DNA of 64,000 bases from Phoronis australis (lineage: Eukaryota; Animalia; Phoronida), in the NCBI GenBank assembly GCA_002633005.1, contig NMRA01000042.1, forward strand, positions 62,001 through 126,000, read 5' to 3'. Positions 26,227-38,995 of this stretch are shown in pieces. The notes beneath the pieces were generated by a model. That model was given only the letters and a program-made list of their open reading frames with translations, did not search any database and was not told the DNA's origin. A program made the translations under genes and the position numbers. How positions within the stretch are numbered: position 1 is the stretch's first letter; every line of letters starts with the position of its first letter.

Positions 26227-27360
26227 ATGGAGAATAGCTCGGTAACGGAAAACTTTACTGGTGTTGGTGATTATCCGTTCTACATCCAAACCCTGTATTT
26301 GTGTTATATCCCGATCGTCTATGCGTCAGGCCTGGTTCTCAATTTAATAGCAGGGATTACTTTTCTTTGCGATGACATCAACAAGTACTCTTGCTCGCAC
26401 TACTTAGCAGCCCTCGCTTTCATCGATTCCTTTCGCGCTCTTTTCAAAGGAAGTGCATGGCTTACCGAGACGAAAAATTTGAATATAATTTACATCACAG
26501 GCATCTGTCAGACGTATGAATACTGTTTGAAACTGGCAGAGAGTCTCTCCACTTGGATGTTACTCGCCGGTTGCATTGACCGTTACGTGTGTGTTGGGAT
26601 GCCGTCTAAGTCTTCGTACCTTTGTACAACCTTTCGTGCCAAAGTCGTGATCATTGTGGCGTGCATTATTGCGGTGGTCCTTAACACATTCTATGCAACA
26701 ATTTACGTTACAACCGATAACGATGACGCCTGTGCCATTGTTACTTCAGTACACAGGAGTACTTTCTACCAACATTTTTTCAAGTGGTTTTATCTTTTTT
26801 ATTCATGTTTATTGCCTTACACAGCAGCCACGATCTTCGTGATTTTAATAGCACGGAAAATGATCAGAATAAGGCTCTGTCGACAAGGGGAAGGCCTCAT
26901 TCAAATCACGCTGAACGAAGAAATCTTGTCCGATCCCCCACGCGACATCGACGTTTCCGATCAAACACGCGACGGGAGTTCGGACCTTGCTATAACGATT
27001 GTGGTGGCAACCATTTTGAGAGCAGTAATTAGCATCCCTTACACAGCGTGGAGAGTGAATGAACAAAGGGAGGATGAAGAGCATCTTATGCTTTATTTTG
27101 CAAGTGAAGCAGATTCTATCGTATGTCTTTTGGTGTACATCTCTGTTTGCCGATGTTTCAGACAAGTCTTATTTAAATTCGTTAAACGCCGAAAAATGAA
27201 CAAGAAACCTTTTGTCAAGAAGACGGAGTGTGAAATAGAAATGCAGAATCCAGGCGATGCTAAAGAAGTGGAACTTGGAAACGCACGATACTTATCGGTT
27301 CCGTGCCAGTCGCCATCTCGACAGGATTTAGTGGAAGAAACATCAGTGACTCTGATTTAG
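26227..27360 (+). CDS. Class A (rhodopsin-like) orphan peptide GPCR, intronless CDS, 377 aa
   Basis: First in-frame ATG at 26227 (MENSSVTENFT, N-glycosylation sites). TM1 GLVLN, TM2 YLAALAFID, Cys at the top of TM3, CIDRY, TM5 LLPY, TM6 ISIPY, helix-8 CRCFRQ. Upstream acceptor tttattgtag| at 26070 suggests a 5' UTR intron. Confidence 0.93.
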   Translation: MENSSVTENFTGVGDYPFYIQTLYLCYIPIVYASGLVLNLIAGITFLCDDINKYSCSHYLAALAFIDSFRALFKGSAWLTETKNLNIIYITGICQTYEYCLKLAESLSTWMLLAGCIDRYVCVGMPSKSSYLCTTFRAKVVIIVACIIAVVLNTFYATIYVTTDNDDACAIVTSVHRSTFYQHFFKWFYLFYSCLLPYTAATIFVILIARKMIRIRLCRQGEGLIQITLNEEILSDPPRDIDVSDQTRDGSSDLAITIVVATILRAVISIPYTAWRVNEQREDEEHLMLYFASEADSIVCLLVYISVCRCFRQVLFKFVKRRKMNKKPFVKKTECEIEMQNPGDAKEVELGNARYLSVPCQSPSRQDLVEETSVTLI

Positions 27361-27505
27361 ATCACATGCGTCGTTTGCAATGCTTGGCGATGTCTCGCAA
27401 GAACGTGCATGAAACTAGAGTTGTAGAATTCACTCAAACTCACAATCAGAAACAATCGCGCTTGATCATTCGAGCACAAATACGTGTGTTTACGTACGTT
27501 TTTAT

Positions 27506-27508
<3 letters not shown>

Positions 27509-27587
<79 letters not shown>

Positions 27588-27596
27588 ACACGCACA
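27509..27596. repeat. (CA)n microsatellite downstream of GPCR stop
   Basis: About 35 perfect CA units followed by interrupted units. Confidence 0.97.
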
Positions 27597-28956
27597 TAGT
27601 GTACACAGCTACACTTGTATGGGTGTATTATGACGTCTTTCCGTTCGGTCCGCAATCCAGCAATCCACCCGACGTCCGCTGCTGTATCTCCTTATCTCCT
27701 AAACTCCGACATGTACATGGATGCTCATGAAAGTTTGTAGATTTGCTCCCATCATGGATGGGACGGCGCGAACGAAGATCCGGACGAGTCGGACTACAGC
27801 TGTGTCTACTATTGAAAAATTCAACGTAGCTGTAAACCTCAAAACAAAACCAAAATACATTTTTTTTAATAAATGCCTCCTTCAATACTTTAACTTTGAT
27901 TTAGCATTTCAAAGACGCTCTTTTTCACCAAAGACTTTCCACCGTTATATCTCTTCTGTTTCTGTCGCTGATTTAGCTCCGCCCAAAGACCAAATTACCC
28001 TTTCGGTAATTTCCGCTATCGGCCGAGCACTGCCGAGCGTTTTAATGTTACCACCATTTTTGTAAAAGTCGACATTCTTTCATAGGACATGTGAATCGAA
28101 TCTGAAATATACTAAAGTGTAAGAAAAGGCGTAATCCGACGAGACTTTATATTTGCAAGCATTACAGGCAGAGCCTACGATTTATTGCATCGGTGAACTC
28201 GTTGAGATCAGGGGACCCACGTCAACTGCGATACGCCAAATACGGAATTATATCTACCATCAGACATTTGTTATGGAAACCAGGAACAACACGATAATCT
28301 TTTAGTAAACTGTTACTTTGGTCTCTGGTAAGACCTACCCAGTGAATTACCGCGATAAGACCCTTCAGTGTTTCCGATAAAATGAACGAAATATCACAGT
28401 TTTGCGATCTTGATTTGTACAAAAAAGGAAACCAAGAGACATGATTCTAAATGAATGTAGTTCTATTTTGCAATCGTAAAGTGGTTCGAAGTAGCAAAAT
28501 AAAATCATGGCTAAATATCACCCCAGCTCGGTCATTTCTCGAATAACCTCGCAGCACAATTCTCTCAGGATTTCTTTCTGTGCCCATCGAAAAATTTTCA
28601 TGATTTCTTATCTGCATTTTATTTTTTTACCAACCCTTGACAAAGCCGCGTTGACCTACATGTAGTTCAACTAAATGACGTACACACTTCTCCCACAGCT
28701 AATCACGTGATTATGAGCATTTGGGTAAACACGATTAGGTCGCTAAAACTGAACGATTATTACTAAATGTCTGCATTGCGCAATACCCAAATTAATCATA
28801 TGTTGAAATTAAAAATACCCTACTCGAGTAGCTGTGAAAACTACTAGCTCCCACACTCAAGAAACTCCTGAAAGATGTGATATGATGCCGAATGTGCACT
28901 TCTCGATTGCCGCCGAGATTTATTGCCGATTTCTCGAGTTGCTATTAAGGAATTAA

Positions 28957-31467
28957 GGGCGAAGGCAATTTTTTCATGTCACTTTTAGCAAAAAAAAAAA
29001 CGTTCGTTGATTATCCCAGACCCATTTTTCACTTAATTACAGCTTTTCGTAATTTGATTAATTTCTCGTCCTCTACTCCGGAAGTGACGTTTTGGGAGGC
29101 AAGAGTTTCGCGCCAATTTCTTTTCATTATAGTCTGACTGTGAGAGCTGTCGAGTAAGTCATTGTTCTACCTCGGTTGTGATAAGTTTGGTCGTCGTTTG
29201 CTTTTGTTTACAAGTCAGTCAACATGCCACGCTGTTGCTGCGTGCCGGGATGTTCTCATTATCGTCTCACACGCGCTTTGGGTACCTTGCGTCGCTTTCC
29301 GAGGGATGACACACTTCGCCGTACTTGGCTAGTTCGTTCATGTGACAAACGCAGCGCTACCCGTCCATGCAACGTACAAAGCAGTCGAGGGTTACCGAGT
29401 GTGTGGCAAGCATTTTCTGCAATCAGATTATGACAGAGATATGTACGCTGAATTGATGAAGGTCCCTGCGAAACAACGCCTGAAGAAGGGTAACATACCG
29501 TCGCTGTAGATTCCCAGCAGTGCCCCGTCGCCAACCCCGAGAAGTGCGTTTTTGAAGCGAGAAGCCTCGCGAGCTGTGGCCATCTATATACAGTGACTGA
29601 AGACACTCCATCTACTGTCACCCGTGCCTCCAAACGTACCCCATTGCGTGCAATAGCTCACTTGCGAGTTTCTCGTTAGTCACTGTGACGTCACCGGAAA
29701 GGGGGCAAAACCCGCCATATTGCTCTTGTTTTGCCCCGAGTCTTTGCTACACACGCTAAAACTTACTGGAGTTCTTATGGTGAATTTTACGCTTAAAACG
29801 TTAAAAGAACTTAAGATATGGCAGATGGGTCGTGGAATAACTGTGAATGGACGAAGAAAATGTGAACTTGTTATGTTGTGCGAAGCTGTGAACGGACTGA
29901 AATTGGAACTTAACCCGCTCTAGGCCTGAATGGCGCAGGCATACAGGGGCGATAGTGTATCCCCATAAAAAGATATTCACTTCAAAATACAGCAAATAAA
30001 ATCAAATGAAACATGCATATGTGCACATGAAGTTATAATTAACACATACCCTGACTCTGGACACAATTTAGTCTACAAATAACTTGAGCATATTCATGAA
30101 AACCTCGCGGTTCTCTCGAGTTTCTCTCACTAAAGAGCCGCCATTTTGAGGAAGTTACGTGAAATCACGCCTGTTGACGAACAAAAAGTCCAAGGGACAC
30201 AAATCTTACAAATTTCACTTGATATTTTCTCATGCTATTTTGCAAGTGTCACGCGCCAGGTCACGCGCCAGATCTCGCGCTTCGCTCAGTCTCGCGCTAG
30301 CCTTTGCCTCATACTCACCTGACTCAGTTGAAATACTTGATTGTGGTAATCGCGCGCGCGGACAAAGTTAACAGTAACCACAAAGTGGAGTTGGAATTCT
30401 TCGCCTAAGTCACCTGAATTCCCGTATATATGCTTCATCGAAGATATGTTTAGAAGCAGAAAGAGTCACTGAAGAAAGTAAGAGCCTTTTAGGTGCTAAT
30501 TTTAGGTGTAGAATGTATTTTCGACGAGGTGAAAACTTTACCAGTGAGCGGATTTCGCCTACCGCCCGTTTAAAATACACGGGACGAAATTAGTACAGAA
30601 CGCGATAGAACGTATCTGAAATTCATTTGCCATAACAGCAATGATTTTTGGACATTTTTCGAACTAAACGGCTAAAAACTCGCAGACAATACACTCTGCT
30701 ACCGCATTGGGCAAATGACCAAACGACAAGCTTTTGCCCCACTTCCCGTGACGTCACAGTTAAGTCTCACATAATCTCGCGTTATTGTTACATGTATAAA
30801 CTCGCAAAAGGCCTATTTCGGGAACTAGCAGTGATTCGCCCTGTGTTGTTGTCTCTAGCTCCGGCAGAGCCTGTAAGCAGCCCTGCAGCGATATTGAGTA
30901 GTGGGAGTGAATACAGGCCCAGTTCGACACCCAATGAAGAGGACAGTTCGACATCCAATGAACAGATCGGTGAGCCTAAGTTTGATAAATTTATTGTGGA
31001 CTTGTATTGAAGCTATTTGGAAGGTGCCAGGTGTGTGACGAGGGAGTCACACGGCGGGATGTAAGCAGTTTGGGTGCTCAGATCCCCCTCAAGTGGGAGT
31101 GTGTCGCGAGACACTCGCGCAAATGAGACAGTTCTCCCTCGATCTGTACGTGAGACGATAATGAGTACACCCCAGTACGCAGCAACAGCGTGGCATGTTG
31201 ACTGACTCGAAAGCAAAAGCAAACGACGACCGAACTTATCACAACCGAGGTAAAACAATGACTGACTCGACTGCTCTCACAGTCACACTACATGTATATG
31301 AAAATAAATTAGCGCGAAATTCTTGCCTCCCAAAACGTCACTTCCGGAGTAGAGGACGAGAAATTAATTAAATTTCGAAAAGCAGTAAATAAGTGAAAAA
31401 TATGTCTGGGATAATCAACGAACCTTATTTTTGCTAAAAATGACATGAAAAAAGGTTGCTTTCGCCT
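28957..31467. mobile_element. Kolobok-type element with ~315-bp TIRs and decayed THAP gene
   Basis: TTAA at 28953-56 and 31468-71, with TIRs at 28957-29270 and 31150-31467. Frameshifted THAP domain MPRCCCVPGC...RRFPRD...W / RVCGKHF...LKKGNIPSL at 29224-29510. Confidence 0.88.
29682..30760 (+). mobile_element. Nested TIR element inside the Kolobok element, carrying SAP-domain-like remnant
   Basis: 29-bp inverted ends actgtgacgtcac(c/g)ggaa..ggggcaaaa. FTLKTLKELKIWQMGRGITVNGRRKCELVMLCEA at about 29780-29890 resembles a SAP motif. Confidence 0.55.
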
Positions 31468-33321
31468 TTAAGTTTAATTTTGAACCTCGATTTCTTGTCG
31501 ATGCGTGAACGGATTGCTATGAAATTTCGAATACTTCTTATTTCACACCATCCAACAGGAACCGTATCTCAGTTACACGATTTACGCCCTAGTGTTTCGG
31601 AACAAAGCCTTCAAAAATCAAGAGTACGACAGTTTTAACTCAAAATGCTCTAAGAAGTGGATAATTAAAAAACTAAGACCTTTTTCAAAACTCTGGGACA
31701 CGGTTCCCTCGAAAATGCCATAACAACATGTTTACAAGTCACCGATATGATTGGAAGATCAACATTTTAAAAATATCTGTTCAAAATAAAAAAATACTAA
31801 TAAATGCATATCTCTTGAAAAAATAAAGGCAAGTACATAAGAATAATAAATTTTTGTTAAGTCATTTATTCAAAATTCAGAAAATAATATTTTGTAGGGG
31901 TTAAACTAATAGAATTTAAGATATTTGCACAGAAGTATTGTACAACCTGGTAAACAAGGTTCACTGTTACCATAATTTTTTGTGTTTGCATCTGTATCTT
32001 CGGAGTTCGTTCATGGATTTTTGTAAAAATATAGAGAATAGGTGACTTTACGGAAACGACGCCGCATTTCCGTCTTCTGGTGTATTTGATTTAATATGCG
32101 CCACCAAGTGGTCAAATTACTATCTTTGAGTGCGCCTGTCTATTGGCCAAACCGCAGTAAAAATAATTGCAGGGGGACTGACACAGGTTGCATAGACGCG
32201 CGCAGGCCATTGCATTGATCACCTGGGACCATTTTTACGTTTTATTAATGTATAGTTAAAACCGAGCTGAAGAGCTAAAGACTTGACGTTAGGGTCCAGC
32301 AGTGTGGCCCATTGGGATTTTAACACACGACATTGAGTACAGGAAGTGGAGACTTATTCCTTGGGTCACACTACCTCCTCTACATCAAGATTCATTAAGG
32401 AAAACGTTATACGGTGTATGTGTTCCTAACTGAAAGAGCACGACTGGCGATGATTTTGGACTGTTTCAATTACTGTTCCCCCAGTGGTATTTTTTACGTC
32501 CGCAGTTATTGCGAGACATTGATGAACACGAAGACCCTAACAACAATGTCCTGACCAGGGTCCTCAAAAGAGACATGCACTCATACTGAGTTGTTAAACG
32601 TTCTCTTGAATTTTCACTCTTATCCGTATTTTGCTGCCTTTCTTTCCTCGTCTGTCCCCGACCCCAAACCTACATGTATGTCGGTTGCCACGGATTAACC
32701 CTGTTGCCTGCATTTATTTGTGGGGACACTTGCCCCTCCGCCCCTCTCCCCGCTTCCTACGACCCTGGTGTTGATGATGTCTAGGAAATACGTTGCTACC
32801 TGGTAAACGACAGCACCAGGGGCAGAGGCAGATATCCGGGGGTTAAGGGAGTTTAACCCCCCTGGGACAGGATCAAAAGTGAAAATAAAAAAATACCTCG
32901 CCAGGAAAACGAAATCAGCTACAAAAACCTAAAAATCTTAGACGCTCGGCGTTGCGCGCATTGGATTCACGCGAATCCTAAACCCCCTTACTGAAAACTT
33001 AGATCTGCGTAACTTTTGGGGAGAGCCATCCGCCAATAATTGCCGATTTATTTGGGCAAAGAGAGAAACTGCGGGCATTATAAAAGTTGCTGTCATTTTT
33101 CTTCAACATGAACGTTAGTCTGCTTAAATAAATGTAAGAGTTACCGTTTCACTCGAAGTGATGATCGAGAAGTTAACAGCCATCATCAAGAAGCAATAAA
33201 ATGACGTAAAGTAAACAGGATTTATGACAAAATCTGATGACGTAGTACTCGGATGTATATGTAGATGTAAGCCGATTGCAGTATTGTAATCTTAATGAAA
33301 AAATAGCACTTCTTACCCCAG

Positions 33322-33557
33322 CATGGGCGCACCCAGGGGGGGGGGGGCTCAAACGAGCCCCCCAATTTGCCTTAGTGGAACATAAAGTCCGGGTAAACGA
33401 GACAAAGGTCCACAGGAATTTGGCCCGGATATACGATTGGTGGGCCTGAATTTAGTGGCCCTGTGTTTTTAGTCCTTGTTGATTTATTTCAGTAAAAGGT
33501 CCTCATACCGAAGAATTCGAGCCCCCTCCCTTATATTTTAGGCTGGGTGCCCAGTGC
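33322..33557. mobile_element. GC-rich MITE (catgggcgcacccag...ctgggtgc)
   Basis: Inverted termini with poly-G/C tracts and inverted gggggctc(g/a)/cgagccccc. Confidence 0.55.
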
Positions 33558-33639
33558 AAGAGAAGGAAACATTAATGCCCCTCACAAATTAGTGAATTTG
33601 TTTCATCGCCCACTGACCTGCTGACTTTTGGATAGATGT

Positions 33640-33740
33640 TAGCATCTAATTTGCTAAAATCGTTTTAAAGTCGGTAGGAAAGTTTTGACNTAGCATCTAA
33701 TTTGCTAAAATCGTTTTAAAGTCGGTAGGAAAGTTTTGAC
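33640..33740. repeat. Exact 50-bp duplication around single N (contig overlap artefact)
   Basis: 33640-33689 is identical to 33691-33740, with the N at 33690. Confidence 0.9.
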
Positions 33741-34588
33741 AAACGAACAAAAGATTTGACCTATTAGGTTTGTCACGAAACGTATCGCCAGTCAGCATTT
33801 GAGGACCTCCATTGCCATGCAACAATTGCTTCTCATGGCTCAACGATGAGCAATGAATGACTAAATAGCTTTGTCGTACTGGCAAAATAAAACACTTGGC
33901 TGATACCGTAATCGATATTTTTGAGCAGAAAGTAAAAATTAAAGCTTGGGGCAACAATTTTGCAGTGACATCATCAGCTAATTATATTCTTTGGTAATAA
34001 GAACCGGAATTTGCTCTCTGGTTGTGACGTCATTTTATAAGAAACTGATGCAACGTTGCGAGTCACGTAGTTAGTTTGTTTGAGTACATGCAAAACGATA
34101 CTTTTGATCCCTACAGTAATTTGGGTTAAACAACTGTAGTCGAAAACATTGTTGAAATGATGAAATATCACTTTTGTTCAGGCACTTGAATTTTATGGTG
34201 AATGCTACAATTTGATGGACTTAAAATATGAGCACAGCACATTACATCCAGGTTCTCCTTCATTCCCTTACATACATTCACTGAATCCTGAGATAAGGCG
34301 AGTAGGATATACATGTACCTTTGTGAAATGCTCGATTCTGTTCCAGTAAAGCTAGGATTCGAAACAAGTCTCCCAAACGGGAGAGTGGAGCTCAAACTAC
34401 GGAGACACAAAGTCTCTTCTATGGATTTTAGAGAATTTGGCAGAGTTTTCTTACTTTGAAATGCGTTTCGACTCTTCTTACTCAGAGTTAATACTGTCGC
34501 TATGAAAGACTTTCATCGCGGCGGTCAAGACGGATTGTCGAATAAGTCAAGTTATTGGAAGTCTATCCGTTGACGTCGAGTGGGATTT

Positions 34589-37220
34589 CACATTTATGGA
34601 TAGTACACTTGTCAGATGATTTTAGACAAAATGAGCTTAATTGACGAAGCTAGAAGGAGAATAACTCTTATGTCTGAGAATTTTTCTTTTGATAACTTTG
34701 CTGATTATGGAAAATTTCTGCTTTTTAAAATGTTAAAAATAGAAATACGGTAAAAAAGAAGTAACAAAGAATTGCTCTGATGAACCTAAGAATGTTAACC
34801 CATAGACATTTTGAAAAGCGAGAACAAGGTGTACATGTACCAAGAAAACGGTGGTTTTGCGAGCTGTGCTCGACTGGAAAAATAGAGTCAGAATGGCATT
34901 TTTTCTTAACTGTTCTTTTCATGAAGACCACAGAGAAGTATATGACAGGTGTTTTTGTGATTATCTTGATGCGTTATATCTACATGACCAGAATGAGGAG
35001 TATGAAAAAAAGTTGGCAAGATAAGTGTTTTTGGCTTTTAAGATAATACAGCAAAACCTCTAAGTATCACGCATATATTGAATGTATACATGTACATGTA
35101 CCTGAATGCCATCAATGGGCCAGTGACCGAATGATGTAGGTATAAACTTTGTTGCAATGGTTTTATTGTCTATAATTAAGAATGCTAACTTTCCGTCTTA
35201 CAGAACCAAAACAAGGTACTACCCCCGTAAGCATGAACCACAATAACGGTATTTAAAGGTGTGATTTAAAGAAACATATTCGCTTTAAGGACCGAAAAAC
35301 GCATTTTAGGATTATCGATGTGTAGGGTAGACCTATTGACGTTATGCGCTACGGACAGGATGACAATTTAAGGAATTTTAAGTCTCAAGTTTCGTTGTTG
35401 GCATGACGTCAACTGCATTGTTCTACAGACGCAAGGCAAAGATACTATAAAATCTTTGCGCAAGGTGACCTGTGATGGAATGACAGCATTGTTATTTCGG
35501 TTTGAGTTAAGACTAAATTGTTTCATGAAACGAAGACTTAATATATGTCAACATTCTTCGTGCTATTTGTGGTGGAATTTCTTATTTAAGAAAGAAAATA
35601 GGTCCTACGCTCCTACTTTATGATTGGTGAAAATGGGTTTAACCAAGTAATTATCTCAAGCTGTGTGTTCTATCTCAGACACTTACATGTAGCACTGTTG
35701 CCCAAGAAAGTTTTGATTATTTTCAAATGTTTTGTGCGGATCGTAAGACCAAATATCTGACCTGTTTTTCAACAGGAATTAATAGTCTTAAGTCGCTTTT
35801 CACGAAAGGCGTCCCAGAACTGGTCGCTCTCCGTCTGTGTTGGCATACAGTTTACTCGCTGCATTCCAGTGGGTCCAAGGAGCTGCATGTAATTACAGTA
35901 GACTGTAAAAACAACACAGTANCACATTTATGGATAGTACACTTGTCAGATGATTTTAGACAAAATGAGCTTAATTGACGAAGCTAGAATGAGAATAACT
36001 CTTATGTCTGAGAATTTTTCTTTTGATAACTTTGCTGATTATGGAAAATTTCTGCTTTTTAAAATGTTAAAAATAAAAATACGGTAAAAAATAAGTAACA
36101 AAGAATTGCTCTGATGAACCTAAGAATGTTAACCCATAGACATTTTGAAAAGCGAGAACAAGGTGTACATGTACCAAGAAAACGGTGGTTTTGCGAGCTG
36201 TGCTTGACTGGAAAAATAGAGTCAGAATGGCATTTTTTCTTAACTGTTCTTTTCATGAAGACCACAGAGAAGTATATGACAGGTGTTTTTGTGATTATCT
36301 TGATGCGTTATATCTACATGACCAGAATGAGGATTATGAAAAAACGTTGGCAAGATAAGTGTTTTTGGCTTTTAAGATAATACAGCAAAACCTCTAAGTA
36401 TCACGCATATATTGAATGTATACATGCACATGTACCTGAATGCCATCAATGGGCCAGTGACCGAATGATGCAGGTATAAACTTTGTTGCAATGGTTTTAT
36501 TGTCTATAATTAAGAATGCTAACTTTCCGTGTTACAGAACCAAAACAAGGTACTACCCCCGTAAGCATGAACCAAAATAACGGTATTTAAAGGTGTGATT
36601 TAAAGAAACATATTCGCTTTAAGGACCGAAAAACGCATTTTGGGATTATCGATGTGTAGGGTAGACCTATTGACGTTATGCGCTACGGACAGGATGACAA
36701 TTTAAGGAATTTTAAGTCTCAAGTTTCGTTGTTGGCATGACGTCAACTGCATTGTTCTACAGACGCAAGGTGACCTGTGATGGAATGACAGCATTGTTAT
36801 TTCGGTTTGAGTTAAGACTAAATTGTTTCATGAAACGAAGACTTAATATATGTCAACATTCTTCGTGCTATTTGTGGTGGAATTTCTGATTTAAGAAAGA
36901 AAATAGGTCCTACGCTCCTACTTTATGATTGGTGAAAATGGGTTTAACCAAGTAATTATCTTAAGCTGTGTGTTCTATCTCAGACACTTAGCACTGTTGC
37001 CCAAGAATGTTTTGATTATTTTCAAATGTTTTGTGCGGATCGTAAGACCAAATATCTGACCTGTTTTTCAACAGGAATTAATAGTCTTAAGTCGCTTTTC
37101 ACGAAAGGCGTCCCAGAACTGGTCGCTCTCCGTCTGTGTTGGCTTACAGTTTACTCGCTGCATTCCAGTGGGTCCAAGGAGCTGCATGTAATTACAGTAG
37201 ACTGTAAAAACAACACAGTA
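34589..37220. repeat. ~1.3-kb direct duplication (34589-35921 and 35923-37220) bounded by single Ns
   Basis: Near-identical copies with Ns at 35922 and 37221 exactly at the copy ends, so probably uncollapsed haplotypes. Confidence 0.92.
34750..34960 (+). mobile_element. 3' ORF2 remnant of a non-LTR retrotransposon (L2/Crack/RTE-X-like); second copy ~36085-36295
   Basis: RMLTHRHFEKREQGVHVPRKRWFCELCSTGKIESEWHFF matches the C-terminal R.S.H.L.IE.GR...PR..R.C..C...IE.E.HF motif of these LINE clades. Confidence 0.65.
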
Positions 37221-37562
37221 NTTCATTGCTATTTGATCGGTCACATGTGCCTTTGCAATAAGTTGAGCAATACAACAAAATCAGGTTTGTCACAGCGGTG
37301 TATGTGACTTTCGTACCATTGTTCCATTGACGTCATGGCTTCAAAGTCCATTGGTTTTCGGCGGGAGATAATTGTCACCTGACAAAATGTGAAGCATCAT
37401 TGTACAAAATGCGACCACTGCTTCTGCGATATCATGTTGGCAAGAATACAACGGAAAAACTAATGATGTGCAGATATGACCATGGAAGAAACTACTAGAT
37501 CACAGACCAACTGATGAGTGGAAGGTCTCTGATACACTTCTAGATGTCTCACTCAATCTAAT

Positions 37563-37959
37563 AGGGCTGTCGCAGATAAAACGGCGATAGAACTTCCCTT
37601 TGTCCCGAAGATAAGAAAGCGCGTGACCTCGCTTTGGAAATCAGGCACATTTTATTGTCTCACACTGATGTCGGGAAGGTGAAGAATTTCAGCACAAGCG
37701 ACCACGGGTATTTGTCCAGTTTATCAAACGTTTTCACGTCGGAGTTGCAGCCCACAACACAACAGCAATACCTCGTTGGCATTGGAAGGACGAATAGAGT
37801 AATGCAACAGAGGAAAACTTGCAAAAAACGGACAAAAACACACATGTGAAACTTCAGTAGCACGGAAACCGAGGCAGCAATTGTGCCTGACGGATGTTTA
37901 CGGCATTGTGAGTAAATACAGCGAGATTCGAGTGTTGCTGTTTAATCTGGGACAGCCCT
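37563..37959 (-). mobile_element. Short THAP-bearing TIR element with 3-bp TSD AAT (PIF/Harbinger-ISL2EU-like)
   Basis: TIR agggctgtc(g/c)cagat, with AAT at 37560-62 and 37960-62. THAP start MPTRYCCCVVGCNSD...KFFTFP from the ATG at 37782. Confidence 0.7.
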
Positions 37960-38409
37960 AATGTTGACTGACTAGGTCACCTTCGCGACAAAGACCAATT
38001 TAAACGAGTTGACTTACAAATCACCGTGATTTTATTGAAATATTCATGCGCAAGTTATAGCTTCCCATGAAGGACGCATAATATTAACGTTAACTAAGTG
38101 AAATATACGAACGACCTAAACTTTGAAAGAAGACCGCGTAGGGCCTCTGTAACTTCAGTGTAGATAATCATCCGACTAGTTGCGGTGTCAGTAAGAAAAT
38201 GTGATTGAAATCAAGAGTTGAATAAAGTCTGTTCCCTGGTTCTTTAGATATTGTGTTATCGAGGATCGAGACATTGCGTGTAACGTTCATGTACGAGGCA
38301 TAACTGTGGATATGCGTTGAACAGTTTTCTAAAAAAGCTAGACACGTACAGGCTTGGATTGAATACATCCAAAAGTAGAATCTGATACACATCATGCTAG
38401 AATGATTTG

Positions 38410-38716
38410 CAGTGACANNNNNNNNNNNNNNNNNNNNNNNNNNNNNNNNNNNNNNNNNNNNNNNNNNNNNNNNNNNNNNNNNNNNNNNNNNNNNNNNNNN
38501 NNNNNNNNNNNNNNNNNNNNNNNNNNNNNNNNNNNNNNNNNNNNNNNNNNNNNNNNNNNNNNNNNNNNNNNNNNNNNNNNNNNNNNNNNNNNNNNNNNNN
38601 NNNNNNNNNNNNNNNNNNNNNNNNNNNNNNNNNNNNNNNNNNNNNNNNNNNNNNNNNNNNNNNNNNNGGGGGGGGGATTAAACCCCCTGAAACCCCCCCC
38701 TGTAGATCCGCCTCTG
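38410..38716. mobile_element. GC-rich MITE spanning gap, 5-bp TSD ATTTG
   Basis: Termini cagtgac... and ...gatccgcctctg, with ATTTG at 38405-09 and 38717-21. Confidence 0.6.
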
Positions 38717-38886
38717 ATTTGGTAGTTTAGTCGAACTTTTTTCCAGTAAAACAGGCGGGCGTTTTTGTCCAGACTTTGTCGGAGTTTAATGTGATATTAT
38801 TGCGCCTAACCTCCAATTTTCTATTTATGTACAATCTAATTGATTTGCTCAGTAAATTCTTACGATTTCTGTCGAAAGAGAAAGAA

Positions 38887-38995
38887 GTGTGGCCTAACGG
38901 GTTGAGCGGTTACCTTCGTGGGTTCGAGTACTATTGGACTGGACCTCATTGCTAGATTCTTGAATCAGATCTCAAGCTCTTCAGCTCGGTCTCAG
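38887..38995 (+). mobile_element. tRNA-derived SINE remnant
   Basis: A box tggcctaacgg and B box ggttcgagtac. Confidence 0.45.

Noticed and set aside
27303-27655. HT/CV-repeat ORFs
   Set aside because: Translations of the (CA)n microsatellite.
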